Source of the DNA: Phycisphaerales bacterium
GTDB taxonomy: Bacteria > Planctomycetota > Phycisphaerae > Phycisphaerales > UBA1924
Direction: 5' to 3'
Assembly (NCBI GenBank): GCA_052168195.1
Contig: JBQLZI010000001.1
Span: 1 to 46,708 of the forward strand
DNA length: 46,708 nucleotides
The notes beneath the pieces were generated by a model. It did not search any database. It saw nothing but the letters and a program-made list of their open reading frames with translations, and was not told the origin of the DNA. Made by a program: the position numbers and the translations under genes. Shown here in pieces: positions 1-10,903 of the stretch. Each line of letters opens with the position of its first letter. Positions within the stretch are counted from its first letter, which is position 1.

Positions 1-1
1 C

Positions 2-1120
2 AAACAACTCTCCGAAGTCCTCTTCAACAAGCCCGACGCCGAGCCGCCCGGGCTGGGCATCAAGCCCCTCAAGAAGACCAAGACCGGCTACTCCACAGAC
101 ATCGAAGTCCTCGAGAAACTCGCCGCCGACCCGTCGGTCGATTCCCCCGTCCCCGCGCTCATCGTCGAGTACCGCCAACTCACGAAACTCGTCAGCACCT
201 ACCTCGTCGCGCTCAAGGACGCCATCAACCCGCGCACGAAACGCATCCACGCGTCGTTCAACCAGACCGTCGCCGCCACCGGGCGCCTCTCGTCGTCCGA
301 CCCCAACCTCCAGAACATCCCCATCCGCACCGACGTCGGCCGCGACATCCGCCGCGCGTTCTACGCGCCGCAGGGCCGCTCGCTCGTCTCCGCCGACTAC
401 TCGCAGATCGAACTGCGCATCCTTGCGCACCTCTCGCAGGACCCGGCGCTCATCGACGCCTTCCAGAAGGGTCAGGACATCCACCGCGCCGTCGCCGCCC
501 AGATCAACCAGGTCCCGCTCGAAGACGTCACCCGCCAGCAGCGCGACGCCGCCAAGATGGTCAACTTCGGGATCGTCTACGGCATCACCGCGTTCGGCCT
601 CGCGCGCCGTCTCGGCGAGGGCTTCAACGAGAAACAGGCCGCCGAGATCATCGCCAACTACAAGCAGCGTTTCGCGGGCATCACCACGTTCCTGCAGGAA
701 TGCATCGCCCAGGCCGAGCGCCACGGGTACGCCGAAACCATGCTCGGCCGTCGCCGCCCCATCCCGCAGATCCACGCGCGCAGGCCCAACGAGCGCGCGC
801 TCGGCGAGCGCATGGCCATCAACTCCGTTGTGCAGGGCTCCGCCGCCGACCTCATCAAACTCGCCATGCTCGACCTGCACACGCGCCTCAGCGCCCACGC
901 GCCGCACCTGCGCGAGGCGAAGGGCCTCCCGCACGAGCCCGCGATCCCCGGCGTGCAGATGCTCCTGCAGATCCACGACGAACTCGTCTTCGAAACGCCC
1001 GACGACCGCGCCGAGGAAACCCGCGCGCTCGTCGTCGAACGCATGGAACGCGCGATGCAACTCCGTGTCCCGCTCAAGGCCGACGCATCCATCGCGCAGA
1101 ACTGGTTCGAAGGCAAGTAA
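2..1120 (+). CDS. polA: DNA polymerase I, C-terminal polymerase domain (5' end lies outside the window)
   Basis: The frame is open from base 2 and in frame with ORF 557..1120. The translation carries family-A polymerase hallmarks: KKTKTGYSTDIEVLEKLA, QIELRILAH, KMVNFGIVYG, QIHDELVFE. Confidence 0.95.
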   Translation, partial: KQLSEVLFNKPDAEPPGLGIKPLKKTKTGYSTDIEVLEKLAADPSVDSPVPALIVEYRQLTKLVSTYLVALKDAINPRTKRIHASFNQTVAATGRLSSSDPNLQNIPIRTDVGRDIRRAFYAPQGRSLVSADYSQIELRILAHLSQDPALIDAFQKGQDIHRAVAAQINQVPLEDVTRQQRDAAKMVNFGIVYGITAFGLARRLGEGFNEKQAAEIIANYKQRFAGITTFLQECIAQAERHGYAETMLGRRRPIPQIHARRPNERALGERMAINSVVQGSAADLIKLAMLDLHTRLSAHAPHLREAKGLPHEPAIPGVQMLLQIHDELVFETPDDRAEETRALVVERMERAMQLRVPLKADASIAQNWFEGK

Positions 1121-1350
1121 ACAGCCCCCGCGAAAGCAGATGCGTGCAATCTACCGGGCCGCGCACGGGAACGCAAGAAAAATCAGATTTCGTTTGACAA
1201 ACGGCAAACCGTTCTGTGGGATGGCTGCGTATCGCGGTCCGCCGCGGCGACGCACACGCCGCGCCGCCCGCCCTTCCGGAACCACACCGCCGACCCGCCC
1301 GTGCGCGGGCGGCGGCCGGGGTCAGTCAGCACGCACAGGGGACAACTCGC

Positions 1351-3384
1351 ATGCGCCGCACCGCAACCGCCCGCTCGCTCGCGCTCGCACTCGCCGCCGC
1401 CGCAGGATCAACCGCCACCGCGGGCGAGATACCCGTCAACCGATGGCTCAACCCCGTCAGCGGAGACTGGAACGCTCCGGCGCTCTGGTCTCTCGACACC
1501 GCTCCCGGCGCCACGGGCTTCCCTCAGCATGTCGTCATCGATGCCGTCGGCGATCCATACACCGTCATGCTCACTCGAACGATCAGCGCCGGTATAGAGA
1601 CGCTAACCCTGGATTCGCCCGACGCCACACTCTCATTCAGCCGCGGCAGACTGGTTCCCTCCGGCATTTTCCAGGACACAGGCTTCAGACGCTTCGACAT
1701 TCGTGCCGGAACGCTGCTGTTCGACCGTGACTCGTTTGGCTCCAATGTTCTCGCGTTCGCGGACGGCCAGCAAAGCAACCGCGTCGGCCAACTCGGCGCG
1801 ATCCGTGTCGGCGACACACGCCGATCGACAGCATCGTTTTTCGGCGCCGTGGATAACGAGGGACTTATCTCGATCGGCGAGGATTCCTCGATCGATTTCG
1901 GATCGTTCCGGGGCAGCACCGGGCTCGTCAACAACGTCTCGGGTCGCATCGAACTCGCGGATGACGCCTCGATCGGTTTCGAAGTGTTCCACAACCACGG
2001 CACGATCCGAGCCGAGGGCGATGCCCGATTCGGCATGACGTTCGGCGGCGCCACCCCCTACTTCGAGAACCACGGCGTCATCGACGTCGATGGCGGAATG
2101 ATCATCGACGCATCCGCATTTCACGCCGGTGAGATCCGCGCCACCGAGGATTCCACGGTCGAGTTTCGGGGCTCGCATTTCTTCGCCGACGGCTCTTCGC
2201 TGACCGGAGGAGGAGTCTTCCGGTTCGACGGCGCCGCGCCGCTTGCCGGTTCGCTTGGCGGCAACGCCCGCCTGCGAGTCGGAAGCGCTCAAACCATAGC
2301 GGCTCACATCACGGGCGACGTTTCGCTCACCCTTGAGAACAGCGACAGCATCGAGTTTATGACCCGCTTCGACGGCGGCGGCCTGCGAGTCGAGCAGTCC
2401 GTCGGGTCCGCCACGTTCACCGCCCCCATTACGGCGAGTGGGTTCTCCTCTGTGAACGCCGACCTGACGATCCAGCAAACACTCACAACCGTCCACGACA
2501 TCAATGTCTATGGCGCCAGCGCCTTGTTTGCAGGCCCTGTCCTCGCCGGATCGCTCGACCTGACCGTTGTGTACGACGGGAACAGACCCGAAGCGGAAGT
2601 TCGCTTCGCGTCAACGGTCGGGGTCAGCGGCGATGTATTCCTCACCGGTATCGCGAATCGCGGCGCGATCTTCGACAATAGATTGACGATCGGCGGAAGC
2701 CTCACCGCCACCGGCGCCACATTCAACGGTTTCGTTGCGGTCGACGGGAACGCGACGTTCAACGCTCCATCTACGTCTATCGCACGCGGCATCGAAGTCG
2801 GGGGACGCCTCGTCTTCAACGGCGGCCAACTCGACGGCCCGGTGAGCGCTCAGTCCGTGCTGCTCGATCGTTCGCTCGGCGTTCAACTGTTCTCCAGCGT
2901 CATTACCGCGGACACTGTCACAGTTCGCGGCGCCGAACTTCAGCTCCAACGCAGCCTTCATCACATCACCGGCGACCTCGAAATGGAACTCTCGCTGGAA
3001 ACCTTCGCCCCGCGCCTGCAAGCCAACGCCCGCTACTTCGCGAGTCAGGATCAGCTCTTCGGCACGAGCATCCTCGTCGGTGGCGACGCGACGCTCACCG
3101 GAGACCTCGAAGTCCTGCTCGCTTCCTCCTCCGATCCCGTACCTCTCGGCGCGTCGTTCACCCTCATCGACGCCGGGGGGACCATCACCGGCGAGTTCGA
3201 CCGACTCTTCCTCCCAACCCTCCCGGGCGAGCTCTTCTTCGACATTGTCTACGAGCCACACGCCGTCCGCCTCGTCGTCGTCCCGACCCCCGCGTCGGCG
3301 ACCGCGTTCTCGCTCTTTGGGGTCGCCGCCGCCCTCCGCCGCCGGCGCGCCAAGGCCCTGGCAGGATCAGCCCACCCAGTGTGA
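1351..3384 (+). CDS. Secreted repeat protein with a PEP-CTERM-type C-terminal sorting signal
   Basis: The internal ATG at 1351 gives a signal peptide (MRRTATARSLALALAAAAGSTATAG). The C-terminus is VPTPASATAFSLFGVAAALRRRR (P-x-P motif, TM helix, Arg cluster). It is a paralogue of the next gene. Confidence 0.75.
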   Translation: MRRTATARSLALALAAAAGSTATAGEIPVNRWLNPVSGDWNAPALWSLDTAPGATGFPQHVVIDAVGDPYTVMLTRTISAGIETLTLDSPDATLSFSRGRLVPSGIFQDTGFRRFDIRAGTLLFDRDSFGSNVLAFADGQQSNRVGQLGAIRVGDTRRSTASFFGAVDNEGLISIGEDSSIDFGSFRGSTGLVNNVSGRIELADDASIGFEVFHNHGTIRAEGDARFGMTFGGATPYFENHGVIDVDGGMIIDASAFHAGEIRATEDSTVEFRGSHFFADGSSLTGGGVFRFDGAAPLAGSLGGNARLRVGSAQTIAAHITGDVSLTLENSDSIEFMTRFDGGGLRVEQSVGSATFTAPITASGFSSVNADLTIQQTLTTVHDINVYGASALFAGPVLAGSLDLTVVYDGNRPEAEVRFASTVGVSGDVFLTGIANRGAIFDNRLTIGGSLTATGATFNGFVAVDGNATFNAPSTSIARGIEVGGRLVFNGGQLDGPVSAQSVLLDRSLGVQLFSSVITADTVTVRGAELQLQRSLHHITGDLEMELSLETFAPRLQANARYFASQDQLFGTSILVGGDATLTGDLEVLLASSSDPVPLGASFTLIDAGGTITGEFDRLFLPTLPGELFFDIVYEPHAVRLVVVPTPASATAFSLFGVAAALRRRRAKALAGSAHPV

Positions 3385-3495
3385 CGCAGATTTCTCTTGC
3401 TTCCTCCCCAGCGTTCGGCGATACTGGACGCGCACAGCGGAGTCACCCGCGGGTCGTTCCACCCCGTCGGGCCTTCCGGGGAAAGGAAGTGAATC

Positions 3496-5415
3496 ATGCG
3501 TTTCCGTACGAGCCATGCGCCTGTCGTCGCCGCCGCGCTCTTGTCCGCCGCCGGTCGCGCCATGGCGGGCGATCCGACGCCGCTCTTCCAATGGGCCGCC
3601 CTGTCCGGAGACTGGTTCGACCAGACAAACTGGTCCCCGCTCGGCGTGCCGGGCGCGCCGCCGTTCACGGACGCCGACGCGCTCGTCGCGATCGATCGCG
3701 ACAACATGGTCGCCATCACCGCGGCGAACGCGGTCGCGCTGCGCGACTTCACGACCGATGCGCAGGCCGACCTGACATTCGCACAGACACTCACCATCTC
3801 CCGCAACCTCACGATGCGCATGGGCGAGGGGCCGTCTTCCGTGCTCCGCGCCAACCAGGGTCTTGGCGTCGGCGGCACGATGCGCATCGAGCACGGCAAC
3901 CGGGTGATCGCCCCGTCGATCACCGTCACCGGCGCGGGCGATTCCCTCGAGAACCTCGGCGAAATCGAAACGCTCTCCCTCAACGCCGAAGGCGTCGTGA
4001 ACACCGGCCGCCTCGTCCTGGGCCTGAACGGCACGGCCGAAACACGAACCATCCACAACGCCGGCGATATCGAGGTCATCGGCGAGACCGGCGAGACCCT
4101 TTCCGTCATCCGCGCGACGGAAGGCATCGTGAACGAAGGCCGGTTGCTCTTCAACCGCGCTCGCACGCAGATCCACGGCGACATCGTCCACCGAGGCGAG
4201 CTCGGGCCCCTCAACTCCGGCGCGCTCATCGAACTCTTCGGTAGCCAGTACTTCGAGCAGGGCGCCGTTATCCGGCCGGAGACTCCGATCCGGTTCCGGA
4301 ACACCTCCGGCGGCGAGCAGACCATCGTCGACAACGTCGGTGCGCTCTCAGCCATCGGCATCCAGGACGGCGCCTGGCGGTTCGAGAACCTTTCCCTGCA
4401 GGGCAATTTCTCGACGGCGTTCAACACGACCGACCTCACGTTCGAAGGCGATTTCAGCGCTGAATTCGTCAACATCCTCGCCGAGAACGTCGTGTTCAAC
4501 GGAGACTTCACATCCATGAACATGCAGGTGGCGGCGCGCGACGAGATCGTCTTTCACGGCGCAATCAATGCAACGAGGATCGCGATCGCTGCGCCCGACG
4601 TCCGCTTCTCGCAGCGGCTCGACGCCGCCGTCCCGGTCGTCCTGGGAGAGGGCCGGATCCACTTCACCGACGGCTACTCGTTCGCGAGCGACCTGCGACT
4701 CTCGAACGCCCGTGCGGAGTTCGCCGAGGGGCTCGCCGTCGGCCGCGACCTCGGCGTCCTCGGCGTGAACACGCTGACCGTGACCGGCGGGCCTATCCAG
4801 GTCGGTCGCGACCTGAACTGGCAAACCCCGACGCGCAACCTGACCCACGCCGTCGTCGCTCAGGGCCACGCGGACATCTTCGCGATCTCCATCCTCGAGC
4901 CCGTCACCGCGTCGACCATCACGCTGCTCGGCGTCACGAACCTCTACGCGGATCTCACCGCGACGTCCGGCGCGGTCGAGGTCGTGCGATCCTCCCTCGC
5001 GGTCGCGGGCAACCTGTCCATTGACGAGATCACGATCAACGGCGACCTGGAGATCCTGTACGAACCGACGTCGGCGCTGCGTTTCAATGTCGCGCCAAAC
5101 GCCGACGCGCGGGGCCTGCGAAGCGATCTGCTCGCCGTCTCCGGGACGGCCGCGCTCGAGGGCGCTTTGGCTGTCACCGTGATCGGCGACCCCGACGGAT
5201 TCTCCGAAGGACAGGAGTTCGTCCTGATGACCGCGAGCGCGTTCTCGGGCGAGTTCCGCTCGTTCGCGCTGCCCGATCTCGCGGGCTCCCTGCGGTTCGA
5301 GTACTTCCGCACCGACTCCGCCCTCGGCGTCAGGGTGGTCCCGAGCCCCGCGGCCGCCCTGCTGCTCGGCCCCGCCATCGCGGCGCCCGCCCTCCGCCGC
5401 AGCAGACGCGGCTGA
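3496..5415 (+). CDS. Secreted repeat protein with a PEP-CTERM-type C-terminal sorting signal (paralogue)
   Basis: Signal peptide MRFRTSHAPVVAAALLSAAGRAMAG. It shares the N-terminal W..SGDW...NWS motif with the previous gene. The C-terminus is VVPSPAAALLLGPAIAAPALRRSRRG. Confidence 0.75.
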   Translation: MRFRTSHAPVVAAALLSAAGRAMAGDPTPLFQWAALSGDWFDQTNWSPLGVPGAPPFTDADALVAIDRDNMVAITAANAVALRDFTTDAQADLTFAQTLTISRNLTMRMGEGPSSVLRANQGLGVGGTMRIEHGNRVIAPSITVTGAGDSLENLGEIETLSLNAEGVVNTGRLVLGLNGTAETRTIHNAGDIEVIGETGETLSVIRATEGIVNEGRLLFNRARTQIHGDIVHRGELGPLNSGALIELFGSQYFEQGAVIRPETPIRFRNTSGGEQTIVDNVGALSAIGIQDGAWRFENLSLQGNFSTAFNTTDLTFEGDFSAEFVNILAENVVFNGDFTSMNMQVAARDEIVFHGAINATRIAIAAPDVRFSQRLDAAVPVVLGEGRIHFTDGYSFASDLRLSNARAEFAEGLAVGRDLGVLGVNTLTVTGGPIQVGRDLNWQTPTRNLTHAVVAQGHADIFAISILEPVTASTITLLGVTNLYADLTATSGAVEVVRSSLAVAGNLSIDEITINGDLEILYEPTSALRFNVAPNADARGLRSDLLAVSGTAALEGALAVTVIGDPDGFSEGQEFVLMTASAFSGEFRSFALPDLAGSLRFEYFRTDSALGVRVVPSPAAALLLGPAIAAPALRRSRRG

Positions 5416-5522
5416 TCGCCCCTCGCCGAGTCTTGACACTCGGCCCCCGGGGGCTATGTTTCCGCGTTCCGCAGGTCGCGGCCTCACCTGCCCGACGCCC
5501 GTGGAACGACATTTGAACGTAA

Positions 5523-6921
<1,399 letters not shown>

Positions 6922-6968
6922 CGCTCGGCTCCAGCATAAGGCGCGGCCGCGAGGCCGCTAGACCTTCC

Positions 6969-7244
6969 TCATGAATCCTGCGTCCCGTACCGCTCCGTCT
7001 GCTCGCGCACGAAGCGGCACAACTCCTCGCGCGAAAAGCGGTTGTGCTTGCCGACGCGGCACGGGCGGATGCGTCCCGTCAGCACGAGGTATTCGAGCGA
7101 CTTCACCGCGTCGGCGATGTCCCGCCCGCCCTCGGTGAGCCGGAGGAACACCGCGGCCTCGGCGGCGGTCATGACCGCGGGCGCGATCGTCGGCGGGTCT
7201 GTCGGGAGCCACTCGGGGGCGGGCCCGGGGATGTGGGTGATCAT
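6969..7244 (-). CDS. Excisionase-family / MerR-type HTH DNA-binding protein
   Basis: 91 aa. AAEAAVFLRL...RPCRVGKHNRFSREEL is typical of Xis/AlpA-like HTH proteins. It lies directly upstream of int on the same strand. Confidence 0.65.
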   Translation of the reverse strand: MITHIPGPAPEWLPTDPPTIAPAVMTAAEAAVFLRLTEGGRDIADAVKSLEYLVLTGRIRPCRVGKHNRFSREELCRFVREQTERYGTQDS

Positions 7245-7325
7245 CGGCTACCCCGATCGTCACTTTGTACGCTTACACGCTAACGGCGATCGCGCGCAGA
7301 CGCGGTCGCGTCCGAGCGCGCCGGT

Positions 7326-7736
7326 TCACCGGGGCTTCTTGGTTCTGGTTGGTTTGCGGGTCTTCTTCGCGGCCATGGTCCGCGCCTGCGCGATGAGCGC
7401 GTCCCACTGGTCGGCGTCGAGACCCTTGGCGGCGCGGAGGAGGTCGGGCGCCTTGGCAGCGGCGGTCGGGCTGCTGGACGCGATCTCCCCCACCACTGTC
7501 TCGGCCTTGCCCCACCCGGCGCGGAGCGTGGCCTCGTCAACGCCGTAGACCTTGGCAATGCGGAGGAGGAGCTCCTCGGAGGGCGAGCGCCGCCCCTTCT
7601 CGATGTCCGTGAGGTGCGCCGGGGCGATTTCGAGCGTGCTCGCCGTCTCGCGCAGGCCCTTGCCCATCACCTCGACGCGACGGGCGCGAAGGACCTCGCC
7701 GATGGGGGCTGCGGGCTGTTTCGGGGACGGGGTCAT
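7326..7736 (-). CDS. XRE-family HTH transcriptional regulator
   Basis: LRETASTLEIAPAHLTDIEKGRRSPSEELLLRIAKVYG is an HTH_3-type motif. The ATG at 7736 is preceded by GGAG; the track's upstream start is a TTG. Confidence 0.8.
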   Translation of the reverse strand: MTPSPKQPAAPIGEVLRARRVEVMGKGLRETASTLEIAPAHLTDIEKGRRSPSEELLLRIAKVYGVDEATLRAGWGKAETVVGEIASSSPTAAAKAPDLLRAAKGLDADQWDALIAQARTMAAKKTRKPTRTKKPR

Positions 7737-7826
7737 AGGCAACTCCAAGGAGGCCGGAGCGGGCCAGCATGGCCTGTACGCTTTTATGCTAACATGTCCA
7801 CTTCTCTAGTCAAGACTCGAAACCGC

Positions 7827-8165
7827 CTAGCGCGCGAGCCCGTAGACATGAACGATAGTCTGAAGGTTGGAGAACTCCCACGGCTCAAGGAAGATCCCGC
7901 GGTGCGGAAGGGCGTCATCAACCTCGCACCAGTACCCAAAAACGAGGCCCGGAGCTGTCAGCTCGTAGACACAGAGGCTCCAGACTCCACCGTCACAGTT
8001 GAACTGGAACGAGATCCCACACCGAACAAGTTCCCCGACGACAAGCTGAACGGGAAACCGAGCCAGATGAACGCCGCGCATGATGGTCTGCTGGTCAAAC
8101 TGAATGACCGTTTGGACATCCGCCAACGGTGACGAGAAGTTGAAACTCGAAGGAAATGCGCTCAT
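7827..8165 (-). CDS. Hypothetical protein (lower-GC cargo)
   Basis: The minus-strand ORF has a globular-looking, aromatic-rich composition. A competing + ORF (7614..8132) is low-complexity. The start was chosen at the internal ATG at 8165. Confidence 0.3.
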   Translation of the reverse strand: MSAFPSSFNFSSPLADVQTVIQFDQQTIMRGVHLARFPVQLVVGELVRCGISFQFNCDGGVWSLCVYELTAPGLVFGYWCEVDDALPHRGIFLEPWEFSNLQTIVHVYGLAR

Positions 8166-8263
8166 CTGATCACCGTCCCATCTGGCCGAATCAGCCTTGA
8201 CATCCGGCAATGCATATGCAACAAAGAATGCATAACCCACAAGCAGGTTTCCGTTCCAGGGCT

Positions 8264-8569
8264 ATGTCATCAAAAACTGTCTTCCTCTCCGACTTCGTCG
8301 AAGTCCGCAACGATTTAGCTCAAGTTGTGGGTTCCGCACATGCTCAGTGGCTCGCGGATTTGGAACGAATGCCGCTCAAACTCATCAACTCCGGTGACAG
8401 GTACTCGGTGATGCCAGTCGACCCGATGGTTGGGGCCGCTGCTGGCGGACGAAGTCCAGAACGGGCCTTGCGGGGTTTGCTTCTGGTGTTGTTCGCGATG
8501 CACACCCGCCAGGACATCCGATCCATGCTCGATCTTGCGGCCCTCCACGCCGCCCAGCGCTCACGCTGA
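8264..8569 (+). CDS. Hypothetical protein
   Basis: Internal ATG at 8264 (MSSKTVFLSD...). It is divergent from the previous ORF. No recognisable motif. Confidence 0.35.
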   Translation: MSSKTVFLSDFVEVRNDLAQVVGSAHAQWLADLERMPLKLINSGDRYSVMPVDPMVGAAAGGRSPERALRGLLLVLFAMHTRQDIRSMLDLAALHAAQRSR

Positions 8570-8742
8570 CCCACACCTCCTGATACGACCCGGGTCAAGA
8601 GCCGGTTGCGGCTCTATCTCTGTTCTTCTAACTTACCTCTTAACCTGTTGTCATGGTAACACGGCCTTGCGGCTGCTCGCGAAGCTTTATGCGATTTTTG
8701 CAAATCTCAGGCGTAGAGTTGTCCGAGAAAAGAGGCACTCGA

Positions 8743-9795
8743 ATGACCGCCAAGAGAAACCCCAGCCGGAACAGGCGTGACCTGACCGCCGATCAACGCC
8801 GGGACGCCGTGGCCACCCATATCAGGTGGTTTCGGAATGAGGGAATCGACGAGGATCTCCTCGCCGCGGCGATGGGCATGTCGACGGGTCACCTCCATCG
8901 CCTGATTGCTGAGGCGACGAGCCCGCGTCGGGATGCTGAACAGTCGGCGGTCTCGTTCTTGAACGATCGAGTGATCACGACGCTCAAGGGCCTTCGAGAG
9001 CTCGTGGACCATTTCCCTCGAGCGCGGAAGCTTCGCGGTGACGCGTATATGGACTACGTTGTCGCCGAGCTGGATCAGCTTCAAGAGGGCGACATCCACT
9101 CCTTGGCAACCTGCCTACCACCGCTTGAGCGTGATGCCTCACGAATTCGAAGAGCCATAATTTCAGCAGCAGCTCGCGGCGTCGAATTCAACTACTATCT
9201 TCTCCATGACTCCCCAGCCCAAGCTTTCCTCAAGTCGATTGAAGAAGGCAAGCGTCAAGAGGCCAATGACGCCGGCGACAACAAAGCCTTGCAGAAGGAA
9301 CTCGACGAGCGCAAGGAAGCCGTCGACAATACCTTCAACTGGCTAAGAAACGCCACGGTGCATGCAAGCCTAGTTCTCAATGCGATGCTTGGCGAAGCCG
9401 CTCGAATGGACCTCGACGAGCTCGGTCACTTCGACCTTACAAGCAGTGAAAGGTGCCAGCTGGTTTCCAATCCAGACTCGGTGCAAAGAGACAATGTCGC
9501 CGGCAAACCACGCAAGGGAGTCTGGTTTTACTGGCTGAAGACCCCTTGGCTTGGCCTGAACGAGAAGATCGTTTATGTAACGTTTGCCGACAAAAACCGC
9601 AAGCGAGTCATCCGCAAAGAGATCCTCGATACAGACTACATGAATCAATCTCGTCCCTTCGAGCTTCAAGATCAGCAATGGACACTGATAGATTACGATG
9701 TCTCCGAAGATCTGCTCAAGGGACTCATGCGAACTAGTCGAGAGCGCATCACCTCGGAGGAAATTCTCAAGTTCTACCGAGGAATTAGCCAGTGA
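8743..9795 (+). CDS. Hypothetical 350-aa protein with an N-terminal HTH-like segment
   Basis: The ATG at 8743 is preceded by AGAGG. The N-terminal segment AAAMGMSTGHLHRLIAE looks like an HTH. It is a long ORF in a lower-GC region. Its stop overlaps the next start (GTGA). Confidence 0.6.
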   Translation: MTAKRNPSRNRRDLTADQRRDAVATHIRWFRNEGIDEDLLAAAMGMSTGHLHRLIAEATSPRRDAEQSAVSFLNDRVITTLKGLRELVDHFPRARKLRGDAYMDYVVAELDQLQEGDIHSLATCLPPLERDASRIRRAIISAAARGVEFNYYLLHDSPAQAFLKSIEEGKRQEANDAGDNKALQKELDERKEAVDNTFNWLRNATVHASLVLNAMLGEAARMDLDELGHFDLTSSERCQLVSNPDSVQRDNVAGKPRKGVWFYWLKTPWLGLNEKIVYVTFADKNRKRVIRKEILDTDYMNQSRPFELQDQQWTLIDYDVSEDLLKGLMRTSRERITSEEILKFYRGISQ

Positions 9796-10115
9796 GTTTG
9801 TTTATTTCTCTCCTCGGCTGGACGGGGATGGCTCTACTATTGCTTTCTTTTGCCTTCCAGCAACGCATTCGTGGCAACATTTACTTTGTTTTGAACGCGA
9901 TCGGCGCTCTCTTGATTGCGATCTACTGCATTTATTCCAAGGCGTGGCCCCCGGCTGTACTGAACATAGTCTGGCTGCTGGTCGCTATTCGCTCCTTGCT
10001 CATTAGAAAACGGAGCATGTCCCACTCTTGGAGTGCGTCAGGCGAAGGGCACTGCCTGAAAGCGTCAGTTCAAAATCGGCACGCCCTCACGCACAACGAC
10101 CGCGTCGAGGTCTAG
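9792..10115 (+). CDS. Small multi-pass membrane protein, CBU_0592-family-like
   Basis: Three hydrophobic helices (LLGWTGMALLLLSFAF, VLNAIGALLIAIYCIY, VLNIVWLLVAIRSLL) resemble the pattern I recall for CBU_0592-type proteins. GTG start overlapping the upstream stop. The 3' end overlaps the convergent ImmA gene by about 50 nt, so the true end is uncertain. Confidence 0.5.
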   Translation: MSLFISLLGWTGMALLLLSFAFQQRIRGNIYFVLNAIGALLIAIYCIYSKAWPPAVLNIVWLLVAIRSLLIRKRSMSHSWSASGEGHCLKASVQNRHALTHNDRVEV

Positions 10116-10814
10116 TTGTGCGATCGCTTCCTCGGGCGCGACGAGCAGCGGGATGAGCGACGGCTTGAGCAGCCGCTTCTGTCCGGGGAGCCGGACCTCG
10201 CGGCATCGATAGGCCATCGCCTGGGTCGACACCGCGAAGCGCTCGGCGAGCGCGGGGATGAAGCACCGTCGCCACAGCCAGACTGCTCGGACATCGTCGC
10301 CGCGGAGCAGGTCGAAGCACGAAGCATGGAGCCGCTTCTCCAAAGCGATCCCCGCGAACGCGGACGAGAGCAGGTCGATCGGCATGAGCATCGCGGCGGC
10401 GAATCGGTCGGCCTCACGCTCCACTTCGGGCGCGCCCGCAGGGTGCGGCATCACCTCGTCACGGTACTGGTCGCCCCCGGCCGTATGGAGCCTCATGTGC
10501 CCGAGCTCGTGGGCGCAGGTAAACCGGTACCGGCCCTCGTTCCCGAGCAACGTTTCGCTCACGAGGATCTCGCGCTCGCTCCGTCGCGCAACACCGAGCA
10601 CGCCCGTGCCCATTTCTTCGTCGCTCGCCACGCTGAATCGGTAGCCGAGCGGCCGCTCGATCCAGTCGTCGATCGGGATCGGCAGCGGGATCTCGGCGAG
10701 CCCGAGCCGCTCGACGCAGGTGCGGATCACCGATTGGGCGGCGAGTTCGACTCGGGCGTCGGCGGCCCTGACCGACAATCGCATGCTCGGGATGGACGCT
10801 CCCGTATGGGTCAT
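10065..10814 (-). CDS. ImmA/IrrE-family zinc metallopeptidase
   Basis: HEXXH motif in CAHELGHMRLH, with downstream EREADRFAAAMLMP typical of the family. Confidence 0.85.
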   Translation of the reverse strand: MTHTGASIPSMRLSVRAADARVELAAQSVIRTCVERLGLAEIPLPIPIDDWIERPLGYRFSVASDEEMGTGVLGVARRSEREILVSETLLGNEGRYRFTCAHELGHMRLHTAGGDQYRDEVMPHPAGAPEVEREADRFAAAMLMPIDLLSSAFAGIALEKRLHASCFDLLRGDDVRAVWLWRRCFIPALAERFAVSTQAMAYRCREVRLPGQKRLLKPSLIPLLVAPEEAIAQLDLDAVVVREGVPILN

Positions 10815-10903
10815 CGCGGTGACTCCATACCAATGTACCGAAACTGAATCGTGGGGCGGGGACAGGGTTCCAGCCCCGAAAAAGGTGCGCTACCAAAGTC
10901 GGC

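Noticed and set aside
423-1730. Long ORFs overlapping or antisense to the called genes. Examples: 423..1730, 1633..2496, 3249..4523, 4348..5487, 5566..6939, 27703..28728, 28729..30588, 31305..32597, 31942..33228, 33302..34054.
   Set aside because: Their translations are Arg/Pro/Ala/Ser-rich low-complexity strings, typical of off-frame ORFs in high-GC DNA. Each overlaps a frame with clear family motifs.
1351-5415. The tandem PEP-CTERM paralogues as something unusual.
   Set aside because: Tandem paralogous PEP-CTERM surface proteins are common in such genomes. They lie outside the island and show nothing anomalous beyond the duplication.
7614-8132. The plus-strand ORF 7614..8132 as an alternative to the minus-strand gene 7827..8165.
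   Set aside because: Its translation is hydrophilic and low-complexity, and its 5' part overlaps the XRE gene. Neither strand is well supported, so the minus-strand call carries low confidence.
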